Positions 25,437 through 34,098 of a stretch of DNA of 34,224 bases are shown here, piece by piece (the first letter of the stretch is position 1; each line of letters opens with the position of its first letter). The DNA lies in NCBI GenBank assembly GCA_016195145.1, contig JACQAF010000115.1, positions 1-34,224 on the forward strand, read 5' to 3'. The translations under genes and the position numbers were made by a program. This DNA is from Rhodospirillales bacterium. GTDB taxonomy: Bacteria > Pseudomonadota > Alphaproteobacteria > CACIAM-22H2. The notes under the pieces were generated by a model. That model saw only the letters and a program-made list of their open reading frames with translations. It ran no database searches and was not told the origin of the DNA.

Positions 25437-26654
25437 CTACGCCGCCTGCGGCTGAAGCGTCGTGGGCGCCCGGTTCTCGCGGATGGTGAAGGCGATCAGA
25501 CCGGCGGTGATGGCGAGCCCGATCGAGGCGATCCACACGAAATCGTAGCGCGCGAAAAGATCGAACAGATAGCCGCCGAGGAACGCGCCGAGCGCCGCCC
25601 CCAGCGCGTGTCCGGCGGCGAGCAGGCCCATGGCGAGACCCATGATGCGCAAACCGAGATGCGAGGCGACCAAGCTCGCCGTCGGCGGCACGGTCGAATA
25701 GTCGAACAGGCCGAAGGCGACGGCGAAGATAAAAAGCAGCGGCAGGTCGCCGGCGATGTACATCAGGATGATGAAGCACAGGCCGCGCGCGATGTAGATC
25801 GAACCGAGCAAGAGCGGCCGGCTCATGCGGTCGGTCAGGTACCCGGCCCCGATCATTCCGATCATGTTGAAGGCCGACAACGCGCCATAAGCATAGGCGC
25901 TTTGCAGCGGCGGGAAGCCGCAGGCGATGGCGTAGGGGATGAGATGAACCTCGATCACGCCGGCGGTGGTGAAGCCGCAGATGACGAAGCTCCAGAGGAG
26001 TGCGTGGAAGACCCGACTGCGGAGAAGATAGGCGAGCCGCGTGGCCAGCGCGTCATTCGCCTCGCCGGCATTCGGGCGGGGGCTCTGATGACGCCGGATG
26101 AAGAGCCACATTACCGGCGCCAGCGCCAGCGCGCCGATACCGAGGGCGAGAAAACTCGGCCGCCAGCCGGTGGTGACGAGCAGCACCGCAAGCGCCGGCA
26201 CGACCAGTAATTGTCCGGCGGTCGAGCCGGCGGTGGCGGCGCCGGTGGCGAGGCCGCGATTGGCGTCGAAATGCAGCGCCACGGTGGTCGAGACGATGTG
26301 GTTGGCGACGATGCCGAACCCGATTGCGGCGGCGACGCCGAAGAAAACCAGAAATTGCCACGCCTGTTGCATCGTCGCGGTCAGGATAAGACCGGCGCCG
26401 ACGGCAAGCATACCGAGCGTCAGAACGATGCGCGGCCCGAAACGATCGATCGAATTGCCGGCGACCGGCGCCACGATGGCGATGACGATCAGGGTGAGCG
26501 AGGCGCCGGTCGAAACGAAGCTGCGCGACCAGCCTAGTTCCGCCTCCCATACCGGCATGACCAGTCCCAGGGTCGAGCGCGCCGACATGGCGAGGCTGAG
26601 GGCCACGAAGCACAGGGCGACGATCAGCCACCCGTAGAGGTTCGATTTGAACAT
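25437..26654 (-). CDS. MFS transporter
   Basis: Within ORF 25437-26999, using in-frame ATG 26654 (MFKSNLYGWLIVALCFVALSLAMS...). About 405 aa with about 12 hydrophobic segments. The upstream extension is Arg/Pro-rich and is rejected. Confidence 0.85.
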   Translation of the reverse strand: MFKSNLYGWLIVALCFVALSLAMSARSTLGLVMPVWEAELGWSRSFVSTGASLTLIVIAIVAPVAGNSIDRFGPRIVLTLGMLAVGAGLILTATMQQAWQFLVFFGVAAAIGFGIVANHIVSTTVALHFDANRGLATGAATAGSTAGQLLVVPALAVLLVTTGWRPSFLALGIGALALAPVMWLFIRRHQSPRPNAGEANDALATRLAYLLRSRVFHALLWSFVICGFTTAGVIEVHLIPYAIACGFPPLQSAYAYGALSAFNMIGMIGAGYLTDRMSRPLLLGSIYIARGLCFIILMYIAGDLPLLFIFAVAFGLFDYSTVPPTASLVASHLGLRIMGLAMGLLAAGHALGAALGAFLGGYLFDLFARYDFVWIASIGLAITAGLIAFTIRENRAPTTLQPQAA

Positions 26655-26807
26655 TGGCGCGCCGATTCGGGAGGGCAAGATAACGAAAGGTAACTGCCAG
26701 TGGGGTCTTATGCCAGCGCCGAATTGTCGCCTGACAAATCGTCCGCCGGTTGACGGGCACGGCCGGCGCGGCGCAAGCTTGGTCCGGTCACGGGGGAGAC
26801 GATGTCG

Positions 26808-27314
26808 ATGAAGTCCGGCTATTTTCGTACGTTCGCGCGTTACAACCAATGGGCCAACCGGCGGCTTTATGCGGCCTGCGCCGATCTGCCCGAGGCCGAA
26901 TACATGAAGCCGCGGCCGGCGTTCTTCGGCTCGCTGCATGGCACGCTCAACCACATCCTGGTCGGCGACCGCCTGTGGATGGGGCGCGTCACCGGCCATG
27001 ACCCGGGGATCAAATCGCTCGATCAGATGCTCTATGGCGATTTTGCCGGCCTGCGCGTGGCGCGCGAGGCGGAAGACGCCCAGATCGTCAACATCGTCGA
27101 TGCGATGGACGAGCCGACGTTGAATTCAACCCTGCGCTACAAGACGCTGATCAATCCCGAGACGGTCGCCACGCCGATGCGCCTCGTCCTCGGCCATTTC
27201 TTCAATCATCAGACCCATCATCGCGGCCAGGCGCATGGCCTGCTTTCGCAGACCGCCGTGACGTCGCCGCCGCTCGACCTGATGGTTTATCTGCGCGAAA
27301 CGCCGCCGGCATAG
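26808..27314 (+). CDS. DinB family protein
   Basis: MKSGYFRTFARYNQWANRRLYAACADL... and HFFNHQTHHRGQAHGLL (DinB His triad region). I prefer the second ATG (26808) because RBS GGGGGAG (26792-26798) is 9 nt upstream. ATG 26802 is the alternative. Confidence 0.85.
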   Translation: MKSGYFRTFARYNQWANRRLYAACADLPEAEYMKPRPAFFGSLHGTLNHILVGDRLWMGRVTGHDPGIKSLDQMLYGDFAGLRVAREAEDAQIVNIVDAMDEPTLNSTLRYKTLINPETVATPMRLVLGHFFNHQTHHRGQAHGLLSQTAVTSPPLDLMVYLRETPPA

Positions 27315-28206
27315 GCGGCGCATCCGCATCGGCCGCGATTTCGGCCAGCGTCCAGTCGCGAAACGCCTTGATCTTCGGTCGCTCGGCGCTGGCCTCGGGA
27401 TAGACGAGCCAGTACGCCTTGTCGTTCGGTACGACCAGCGGAAATGGCTGGAATAGCCGCCCCGCGGCAATCTCACCGGCAAACAGGGCCGGAGCGCCGA
27501 TGGCAACGCCGAGTCCGTCCATCGCCGCTTGCACCGAGACGCGCGTTGAATCGAAGGTCGCGCGCCCCGAGCGGCCGAGATTTTTCAACCCCGCCGCGGC
27601 GAGCCAGATCGTCCAGTCGGTCGGATCGTCGTACTGATCGATCAGCGGCACGTTGCGCAAATCCTCGGGCGTGCGCAGCCGGTCGCGATAGGCAGGGCCG
27701 CATAGGGGCGTCAGCATGTCTTCGATCAGCTTGTCGGCGCGCAAGCCTGGCCAGTGTCCGCGGCCATAGCGGATCGCCGCGTCGACATCCTCGCGCGCGA
27801 AATCGACCAGCCGCGGCGCGGTCATCAGACGCACCTCGATATCCGGGTATTGCGCCTGGAAGCGCGGCAGGCGCGGCACCAGCCAGGCGAGCGCGAAGGT
27901 GGTGATCGTGGTCACGGTCAGCAAGCCTTGCGTATCGCGCGCCGTAAGCTGCCGGACGGCCTGACCCATCCGTTCGAACGCCTCGCGCAGACCGGGCAGC
28001 AACGCCTGCCCCTCCTCGGTCAGGCGCAGCTCCCGGGTCAGGCGACGGAACAGCTTCGCCCCGAGATAGTCTTCAAGCTGCTTCACCTGGTGGCTGATTG
28101 CCGCCGGGGTGACATGCAGCTCCCCAGCCGCGCGGGTGAAGCTCAGATAGCGGCCGGCGGCCTCGAAGGCGCGCAACGCGTTCAGCGGGGGGAGGCGGTC
28201 TGGCAT
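27202..28206 (-). CDS. LysR family transcriptional regulator (GcvA-like)
   Basis: MPDRLPPLNALRAFEAAGRYLSFTRAAGELHVTPAAISHQVKQLEDYLG is a GcvA-type HTH. I prefer ATG 28206 over the TTG at 28218. An unusual low-complexity tail of about 40 aa extends 113 nt into the convergent dinB-like gene. Confidence 0.88.
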   Translation of the reverse strand: MPDRLPPLNALRAFEAAGRYLSFTRAAGELHVTPAAISHQVKQLEDYLGAKLFRRLTRELRLTEEGQALLPGLREAFERMGQAVRQLTARDTQGLLTVTTITTFALAWLVPRLPRFQAQYPDIEVRLMTAPRLVDFAREDVDAAIRYGRGHWPGLRADKLIEDMLTPLCGPAYRDRLRTPEDLRNVPLIDQYDDPTDWTIWLAAAGLKNLGRSGRATFDSTRVSVQAAMDGLGVAIGAPALFAGEIAAGRLFQPFPLVVPNDKAYWLVYPEASAERPKIKAFRDWTLAEIAADADAPPMPAAFRADKPSGRAAATSRRSAKAGHAPGRDDGSDD

Positions 28207-28346
28207 CGACTCATACAATAGAATTTCTAATGCATATTACAAAGAAACATCGTTTGTCACCACGGCCAAAAACACCGAAATATTAGCTCCACAAGCAGAT
28301 AGAACCGGCCAGATGGCCGTTCATGATGGATAAGGAGCATTTGGTT

Positions 28347-28580
28347 ATGAGTAGCAATGCAGGACAGGCATGCATGGGCCGCTGCGGGGCCACGCCGGCA
28401 GCGGCGGCGCGTTGGCCGGTTTCCCCGGGCGCGGAGATCCTACGGCTGATCGAGGGGTATCTCACATGGCGCGACATGCGCCGCAGCCGTCGGATGCTGG
28501 GCGAACTCGACGAGCGGCTGCTGTCGGATATCGGCATCGATCGGGCGACGGCGGCAGAAGAAGCGCGGAAATTCTTCTGA
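28347..28580 (+). CDS. DUF1127 domain small protein
   Basis: C-terminus WRDMRRSRRMLGELDERLLSDIGIDRATAAEEARKFF matches the Arg-rich LSDIGI DUF1127 signature. I chose ATG 28347 because RBS AAGGAG (28332-28337) is 9 nt upstream. The ORF track starts at 28323. Confidence 0.8.
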   Translation: MSSNAGQACMGRCGATPAAAARWPVSPGAEILRLIEGYLTWRDMRRSRRMLGELDERLLSDIGIDRATAAEEARKFF

Positions 28581-28595
28581 TGCCCTCGATGCCGA

Positions 28596-29843
28596 TCAAC
28601 CGGCCGGAGGCCGACGCAGGAACAGCTTGCCGATGCCGTTAAGGGCGGCATGGAGAAGGCGGAACTGGCGCATGAAATCGTCTTCCGCCAGCGTGCCCAA
28701 GCGTTCGACGAGAACCGCGCGAATATCGGCGAGCGACCGCCGGCCGTCGATCAGCCCGGCGATGGCCGGGGCGAGCGGCGGCAGCGGGAAGCGCAACGTC
28801 AGACCCTCGATGCTGGCGCCGAGCGTGCCGCCGGGCTTCAGGGATTTTGCCAGCGCCTCGGCGCTGGTGTCGCACAGGATCGGGATCGCATCGGGATTGC
28901 CGGGCTGCGGCGGCGCCGTCGGGTTCGTCGCTCGCACGAGATAGGCGACGTGCGTCTTCATGTTGCCGGCGAGATCCTCGGCAAAGGCGGCGCGGGTTAC
29001 CGGGTCGGCGCCGTCGAGGCGGCGGAGCAGTATGGGATCGCTGAGATAGCTCGCCGGCTCGTAACGCGCCGGCGGTGTGAAGGCGACGATGCGCAATTCC
29101 GCCCGCGTCGCCAGCATGGCGATTTCCGGCGCCGTATAGGCGCGATCGCGCGCATGCAGCAGCAGATCGTAGAGGCCGGGGTCGCCGGCAGTGATGTGAT
29201 CGGCGACGAAGGGATTGCGTTTGAGCCAGTTGGTCGCCGGCAGGGCGGCGACCAGCTTGCGCGCCAGCGCCGTCTGCGCGGCGATGTCGTCGGCCGCTGC
29301 GCCGAGCGTGCGCAGCATCGCCTGCGCGGGATAGACGCCGGTCCGCCCCAAGGTGCCGTAGAGCATTAGTCCAATGCCGCCGCGTTCATTGAGCGCCTCG
29401 GCCAGGCATTCGAGGCCGGCTTCGGGCGCGTCGAGATGATGAAGAACGCCGCAGCAATCGATGTAATCGAAGACGCCGAGGCCGAGCGACGGCAGATCGA
29501 TGATCGAACCTGTAGCGAACTCGATATTGACGAGCCTGCGCGCCGCCGCTCGCGCCTCGGCGATGCGCCGCGCGGCCGCCGACCGGTCGAGATAGACGAT
29601 GCGGGCCTGCGTGGCGCCGGCATCGGCCAGTTGCTGGCCGAGCATGATCGCTGCGTCGCCGGTGCCGCCGCCGGCGATGAGGGCGCGAAACGGCTGCGCG
29701 GGATCGAAGCGGCCGGCAAAGACGAAATGGACGAGCTCGGCGAGCTGGCTCGGCGAGCCGGTGATCAGGCGTTTCGCTTCGTCGCGCGGATCGCGCGGCG
29801 GATAGGGCAGCGCCTCATACTGGTCGCGGACCGGGTCGCGCAT
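28596..29843 (-). CDS. Class I SAM-dependent methyltransferase with an uncharacterised C-terminal half
   Basis: 415 aa. ALIAGGGTGDAAIML (motif I), IVYLDRS (motif II acidic residue), CCGVLHHLDAPEAGL and GGIGLMLYG (motifs III/IV-like). I recognise no motif in residues from about 210 to 415. Confidence 0.8.
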   Translation of the reverse strand: MRDPVRDQYEALPYPPRDPRDEAKRLITGSPSQLAELVHFVFAGRFDPAQPFRALIAGGGTGDAAIMLGQQLADAGATQARIVYLDRSAAARRIAEARAAARRLVNIEFATGSIIDLPSLGLGVFDYIDCCGVLHHLDAPEAGLECLAEALNERGGIGLMLYGTLGRTGVYPAQAMLRTLGAAADDIAAQTALARKLVAALPATNWLKRNPFVADHITAGDPGLYDLLLHARDRAYTAPEIAMLATRAELRIVAFTPPARYEPASYLSDPILLRRLDGADPVTRAAFAEDLAGNMKTHVAYLVRATNPTAPPQPGNPDAIPILCDTSAEALAKSLKPGGTLGASIEGLTLRFPLPPLAPAIAGLIDGRRSLADIRAVLVERLGTLAEDDFMRQFRLLHAALNGIGKLFLRRPPAG

Positions 29844-29853
29844 CCCGCCGGCC

Positions 29854-30837
29854 TTAGGGTGCGCCCGTGGTCAGCACGATTTTCCCGGTCGCCTTGCGGG
29901 CGAGCATCAGCTCCATCGCCTCGCCGACCCGTTCCAGCGGCAGGCGGTGCGACACGTGGGGCTTGAGCCGCCCCTCGCTCCACCAGGCGAGCAACGTCGC
30001 GAAGGACTCGCGCATCAGGGCCGGGTTCCTGTCGCGATAGGCGCCCCAGAACAGGCCGGTGACCGCGACGTTCTTGATCAGCAGCATGTTGGCCGGGATT
30101 TGTGGAATGCGCCCGGCCGCGAAGCCGACAATGACGATGCGCCCTTCCCAGTTGACCGCGCGCAGGATCGCATCGAAGGCGTCGCCGCCTACTGGGTCGA
30201 GCACGACATCGACCCCTTTGCCGCCGGTCAGGTCCTTGGCGCGCTGGCGCAGGTCTTCGGCGGCGTAATCGATTGTCTCGTCGGCACCGTGGGCGCGGGC
30301 CAGGGCGAGCTTGTCCGCGCCGCGCGCGGCGGCGATGACCCGGGCGCCCATCGCCTTGCCGACCTCGACCGCGGCGAGCCCAACCCCGCCCGCCGCGCCG
30401 AGCACCAGAAGGGTTTCGCCGGGCTTCAGCGCCGCCCGCCACAACAGCCCGCCATGCGCCGTGCCGTAGGCGACCGGAAAGGCGGCGGCGGTGACGAAAT
30501 CCATCGTATCGGGGATCGGGAACAGATCGCCCGCGTTGGCGACGACCTCTTCGGCGAAACCGCCATAGCCGAGAAATGCCATCACCCGCTGGCCGACCCG
30601 CACGTCCTTCACATCGGGGGCGATTTCACGCACCACGCCAGCGGCTTCGTGGCCGGGCGAGAACGGGAAGGGCGGTTTGAACTGGTACTGGCCCTTGACC
30701 ATCAGCGTATCGGCGAAATTGAGCCCCGCCGCCATGACAGCGACACGGACCATGCCGGGTTTCAGCGCCGGCGACGGCAAATCGCCGACGGTCAGCTTGG
30801 CGGGTTCGCCGAATTCGCGGCAGATGACGGCGCGCAT
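29854..30837 (-). CDS. NADPH:quinone oxidoreductase (zeta-crystallin-like MDR)
   Basis: Within ORF 29854-30894, using in-frame ATG 30837 (MRAVICREFGEPAKLTVGDLP...). LVLGAAGGVGLAAV Rossmann motif. No catalytic-Zn Cys/His pattern. Confidence 0.88.
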   Translation of the reverse strand: MRAVICREFGEPAKLTVGDLPSPALKPGMVRVAVMAAGLNFADTLMVKGQYQFKPPFPFSPGHEAAGVVREIAPDVKDVRVGQRVMAFLGYGGFAEEVVANAGDLFPIPDTMDFVTAAAFPVAYGTAHGGLLWRAALKPGETLLVLGAAGGVGLAAVEVGKAMGARVIAAARGADKLALARAHGADETIDYAAEDLRQRAKDLTGGKGVDVVLDPVGGDAFDAILRAVNWEGRIVIVGFAAGRIPQIPANMLLIKNVAVTGLFWGAYRDRNPALMRESFATLLAWWSEGRLKPHVSHRLPLERVGEAMELMLARKATGKIVLTTGAP

Positions 30838-30844
30838 GCAGCAC

Positions 30845-31684
30845 TCACCAGGTGGGGGCGGGAAGGATGGCGCCCACGGTGAGGCCGGCCGCATTGACCA
30901 CCGCCGGCTCGATCAGCTCGCGCAACGCCGCCCGCTGCAGGCGGTCGAGATCGGCGAAGCGGGCGAGCAGCTTGGCGAGCGCCACTTCGGCCGCGCGGGC
31001 GGCGCCGTCCTCGATCTTGAGCGCGATGCCGAACCCCTTGGCCGGAATGGCCGCCATGTACACGCCCTCGGCCCCGGTCTTGAGAATCGCCTTGCCGCCG
31101 GCGATCTCGGTCGCGCGGGTGCAGAACCGCCCACTGCCGGCGAGCATGAACGGCTCGGCGAGCATCGCCGCAGCGATACGCCGGATATAGCCCGTTATCG
31201 GTTCGCCGAAATGGCAGCAGGCGGCAAGCATGCCGGCATGCTTGCCCGAACAGTTATTGTGGAGGGGGCCGGGGGCGCGCCCGGCGCGGATCAGCGCGTT
31301 GGCCGATGGCGCATGCATGGGAAAATGCGCCCCGCATTCGAGATCGTCCTCGCTAAGGCCAAGACGCGCCAGCACGCCGGCGACCGTCTCGACGTGGCGC
31401 GGTTCGCCGCCATGGCTCGCGCAGGCGAGGGCGAGTTCGGCGTCGCTCAACCCGAACGCCTCGGCCGCGCCCGATTCGACAAGGGGGATCGCCTGCAACG
31501 GCTTGATCGCCGAACGCGGATAGACCGGGCTGTCGATATCGCCATGCACCTCAACCACTCGGCCGGCAAGATCGACGATGGCGATCGCGCCGCGATGGCG
31601 GCTTTCGACCATGGCGCCGCGCCGTACCTCGACCAGGATCGGCGAGGCGACAACGTGAACGGCGGTTGCGGATTCGGGCGGCAT
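30845..31684 (-). CDS. Asparaginase-II (PF06089-like) family protein, apparently lacking a central segment
   Basis: 279 aa. PILVEVRRGAMVESRHRG, YPRSAIKPLQAIPLVESGAA, LHNNCSGKHAGML and KTGAEGVYMAAIP are all family-typical. No DGC motif follows the CSGK motif, and the protein is about 50-65 aa shorter than I expect for the family. Confidence 0.75.
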   Translation of the reverse strand: MPPESATAVHVVASPILVEVRRGAMVESRHRGAIAIVDLAGRVVEVHGDIDSPVYPRSAIKPLQAIPLVESGAAEAFGLSDAELALACASHGGEPRHVETVAGVLARLGLSEDDLECGAHFPMHAPSANALIRAGRAPGPLHNNCSGKHAGMLAACCHFGEPITGYIRRIAAAMLAEPFMLAGSGRFCTRATEIAGGKAILKTGAEGVYMAAIPAKGFGIALKIEDGAARAAEVALAKLLARFADLDRLQRAALRELIEPAVVNAAGLTVGAILPAPTW

Positions 31685-32187
31685 CGGCGGCTTGCTCCGG
31701 CAATCTCGGCAGCCTGATGCGCACGGCCCACGCCTTCGGCGCGAGCTTCGTGTTCACCGTCGGCGCCGTCTATGCGCGCGACGAGGCCAACCGCGCCGAC
31801 ACCTCGGATACCGCCGGCAATCTGCCGCTCTACGAATTTCCTGACGTCGAATCGCTGCGCCTGCCGCGCGACTGCGCGCTGGTCGGGATCGAGATTCTCG
31901 ATCAGGCGGCTGAACTGCCGAGTTTTCGCCATCCACGCGCCGCCGCTTATGTGCTGGGGCCCGAGCGCGGCGCGCTGTCGCCGTCGTTGGTCGCGCTGTG
32001 CGAGCATGTGGTGAAGATTCCGACCCGGTTCAGCATCAATCTGGCGCTCGCCGGGGCGCTGGTCATGTATGACCGGATGATCAGCCTCGGCCGGTTTCCC
32101 GGCCGGCCGGTGGCGCCGGGCGGGCCGCCGGTCGAACTGCCGAAGCAGGCCTTCGGGCCGCCGCGCCTCAAGCGTAGACGGAAATAG
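31666..32187 (+). CDS. SpoU/TrmH-type (SPOUT) RNA methyltransferase; 5' end uncertain or truncated
   Basis: 173 aa from TTG 31666. GNLGSLMRTAHAFGASFVF (motif 1), YVLGPERGALS (motif 2), IPTRFSINLALAGALVMYD (motif 3). The start overlaps the divergent asparaginase-II start by 19 nt. Confidence 0.75.
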   Translation: MRIRAASAACSGNLGSLMRTAHAFGASFVFTVGAVYARDEANRADTSDTAGNLPLYEFPDVESLRLPRDCALVGIEILDQAAELPSFRHPRAAAYVLGPERGALSPSLVALCEHVVKIPTRFSINLALAGALVMYDRMISLGRFPGRPVAPGGPPVELPKQAFGPPRLKRRRK

Positions 32188-32310
32188 GCTTCGTTCCTGC
32201 GGCCATGGGGCGGTTGACGGTCGCCGCCAACAATGTCATACGCGCCATAGGGGCGCGGATAACCGGCCCCGCTTCCCGTAACCGGACGCCATGTTGGGAG
32301 GCCCTTGCCG

Positions 32311-32847
32311 ATGCCTGGAACCGTTCAAGCGCTTATCATTGCCGGGGTTGTGCTGGCGGCAGCGCTACCGGCCGCCGCCCAGCCGGCGCCCAAGCCCCTC
32401 GGCACGTTCGAGGCCTGGACCGCCGCCGAATACGCCGAGCGCGGCGCCAAGGCCTGTTACATGCTGGCCCGGCCGGAAAAGTCCGAGACCAAGCCGCCGG
32501 GCGCCAAGCGCGGCGCGATCCTGCTGATTGTCACCCACCGGCCGGCCGAAAAGCGGCGTGACGAGGTGACGTTCGAATCCGGCTATCCGCTCAAGGACGG
32601 CAGCACGGTGACGGTCGAAATCGACCGCAAGAAATTCGAGCTGTTCACCCGCACCGATATTGCCCTCGAATCCGCCTGGGCGACGGACGCGGCGGCCGAC
32701 AAGGCGCTGGTCGAGGCGATGCGCGCCGGCAACACGATGGTAGTCAAGGGAGTGTCGTCGCGCGGCACCGAAACCATCGATACGTTTTCGCTATCCGGTT
32801 TCGCCAAGGCCCATGGCGAGATCGGCAAAACCTGCCCGGCGAAGTAG
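32311..32847 (+). CDS. Invasion-associated locus B (IalB) family periplasmic protein
   Basis: ATG 32311 with RBS GGGAGG (32295-32300). The track uses TTG 32305. Signal peptide MPGTVQALIIAGVVLAAALPAAAQ, then GTFEAWTAAEY...ACYMLARP...TMVVKGVSSRGTETIDTFSLSGF, typical of IalB. Confidence 0.85.
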   Translation: MPGTVQALIIAGVVLAAALPAAAQPAPKPLGTFEAWTAAEYAERGAKACYMLARPEKSETKPPGAKRGAILLIVTHRPAEKRRDEVTFESGYPLKDGSTVTVEIDRKKFELFTRTDIALESAWATDAAADKALVEAMRAGNTMVVKGVSSRGTETIDTFSLSGFAKAHGEIGKTCPAK

Positions 32848-32908
32848 CCGCGTTTTGCGCGCCCGTGGCCGCTGACTCGGACGTACAAAGCGCCTATATA
32901 AGGGATTC

Positions 32909-34087
32909 ATGAACGACACCGCCATCACGCCGCCGCCGGCGCTCGACGCCGGCAAGGTCGAATTGCCGCCGCCCGTCCTGCCCGACGGGCGGGTGAATTT
33001 CGTCGGCCTGACGCGCGAGGAGCTGGCGGCCGAGTTCGCCAAGCTCGGCGAGCCGGCCTTCCGCGCCAAGCAGCTCTGGCAGTGGATTTATGTGCGCGGC
33101 CTGACCTCGTTCGACGCGATGACCGACATGTCGAAGGGCCTGCGGGCCAAGCTCGCCGAGCGCTTTCACATCGCCCGGCCGCAGATCGCGCGCCATCAGC
33201 AATCGCTCGACGGCACCCAGAAATGGCTGCTGCGCCAGGCCGACGGGCAAGAGATCGAGTGCGTTCACATTCCCGAGGAAGATCGCGGCACGCTGTGCGT
33301 TTCGAGCCAGGTCGGCTGCACCCTGTCGTGCAAGTTCTGCCACACCGGCACGCAGCGTCTGGTGCGCAACCTGGAGCCGGCCGAGATTGTCGAGCAGGTG
33401 CTGATCGCGCGCGACGTATTCGGCGAGTGGCCGGCGCCCGATGCGGGGCGCAAGCTCACCAACATCGTGATGATGGGCATGGGCGAGCCGCTGTTCAATT
33501 ACGACAACGTCGCCAAGGCGCTGAAGATCATCATGAACGGCGACGGCATCGCCGTCTCGCGGCGTAAGATCACGCTGTCGACTTCGGGCGTCGCGCCGAT
33601 GATCCGGCGCTGCGGGGCCGAACTTGGCGTCATGCTCGCCGTGTCGCTGCACGCCGTCACCGACGAGCTGCGCGACCGGCTGGTGCCGCTCAACCGGAAA
33701 TATCCGATCGCCGAGCTGCTCGCCGCCTGCCGCGGCTATCCGGGGGTCAGCAACGCCCGGCGAATCACTTTCGAATACGTGATGCTGAAGGGCGTCAACG
33801 ACAGCCCCGCCGATGCGCGCGAGCTTCTGCGCCTGCTTGCCGGCATTCCGGCGAAGGTCAATCTGATCCCGTTCAACCCGTGGCCGGACTCGTCCTTCGA
33901 ATGCTCCGACGATGCGGCCATCGACGTCTTCTCCGCCATTCTGATGAAGGCGGGTTACGTGTCGCCGATACGCACGCCGCGCGGGCGCGATATCATGGCG
34001 GCGTGCGGCCAGCTTAAATCGGCGAGCGAGCGGGTGCGCAAATCGTCGGCGCCCGCGCTGGCCACGTCCGCGCCGATTCAAGCCTGA
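32909..34087 (+). CDS. rlmN: 23S rRNA/tRNA adenine-C2 methyltransferase RlmN (radical SAM)
   Basis: 392 aa. [29 protein letters not shown] (CX3CX2C), MGMGEPL, and the C-terminal ACGQL catalytic Cys. Confidence 0.95.
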   Translation: MNDTAITPPPALDAGKVELPPPVLPDGRVNFVGLTREELAAEFAKLGEPAFRAKQLWQWIYVRGLTSFDAMTDMSKGLRAKLAERFHIARPQIARHQQSLDGTQKWLLRQADGQEIECVHIPEEDRGTLCVSSQVGCTLSCKFCHTGTQRLVRNLEPAEIVEQVLIARDVFGEWPAPDAGRKLTNIVMMGMGEPLFNYDNVAKALKIIMNGDGIAVSRRKITLSTSGVAPMIRRCGAELGVMLAVSLHAVTDELRDRLVPLNRKYPIAELLAACRGYPGVSNARRITFEYVMLKGVNDSPADARELLRLLAGIPAKVNLIPFNPWPDSSFECSDDAAIDVFSAILMKAGYVSPIRTPRGRDIMAACGQLKSASERVRKSSAPALATSAPIQA

Positions 34088-34098
34088 GGGAGGAAGAA

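Noticed and set aside
26724-26738. Short palindrome TTGTC-gcct-GACAA in the MFS/DinB divergent region as an operator
   Set aside because: The arms are only 5 bp and no adjacent regulator gene explains it. This is too weak to annotate.
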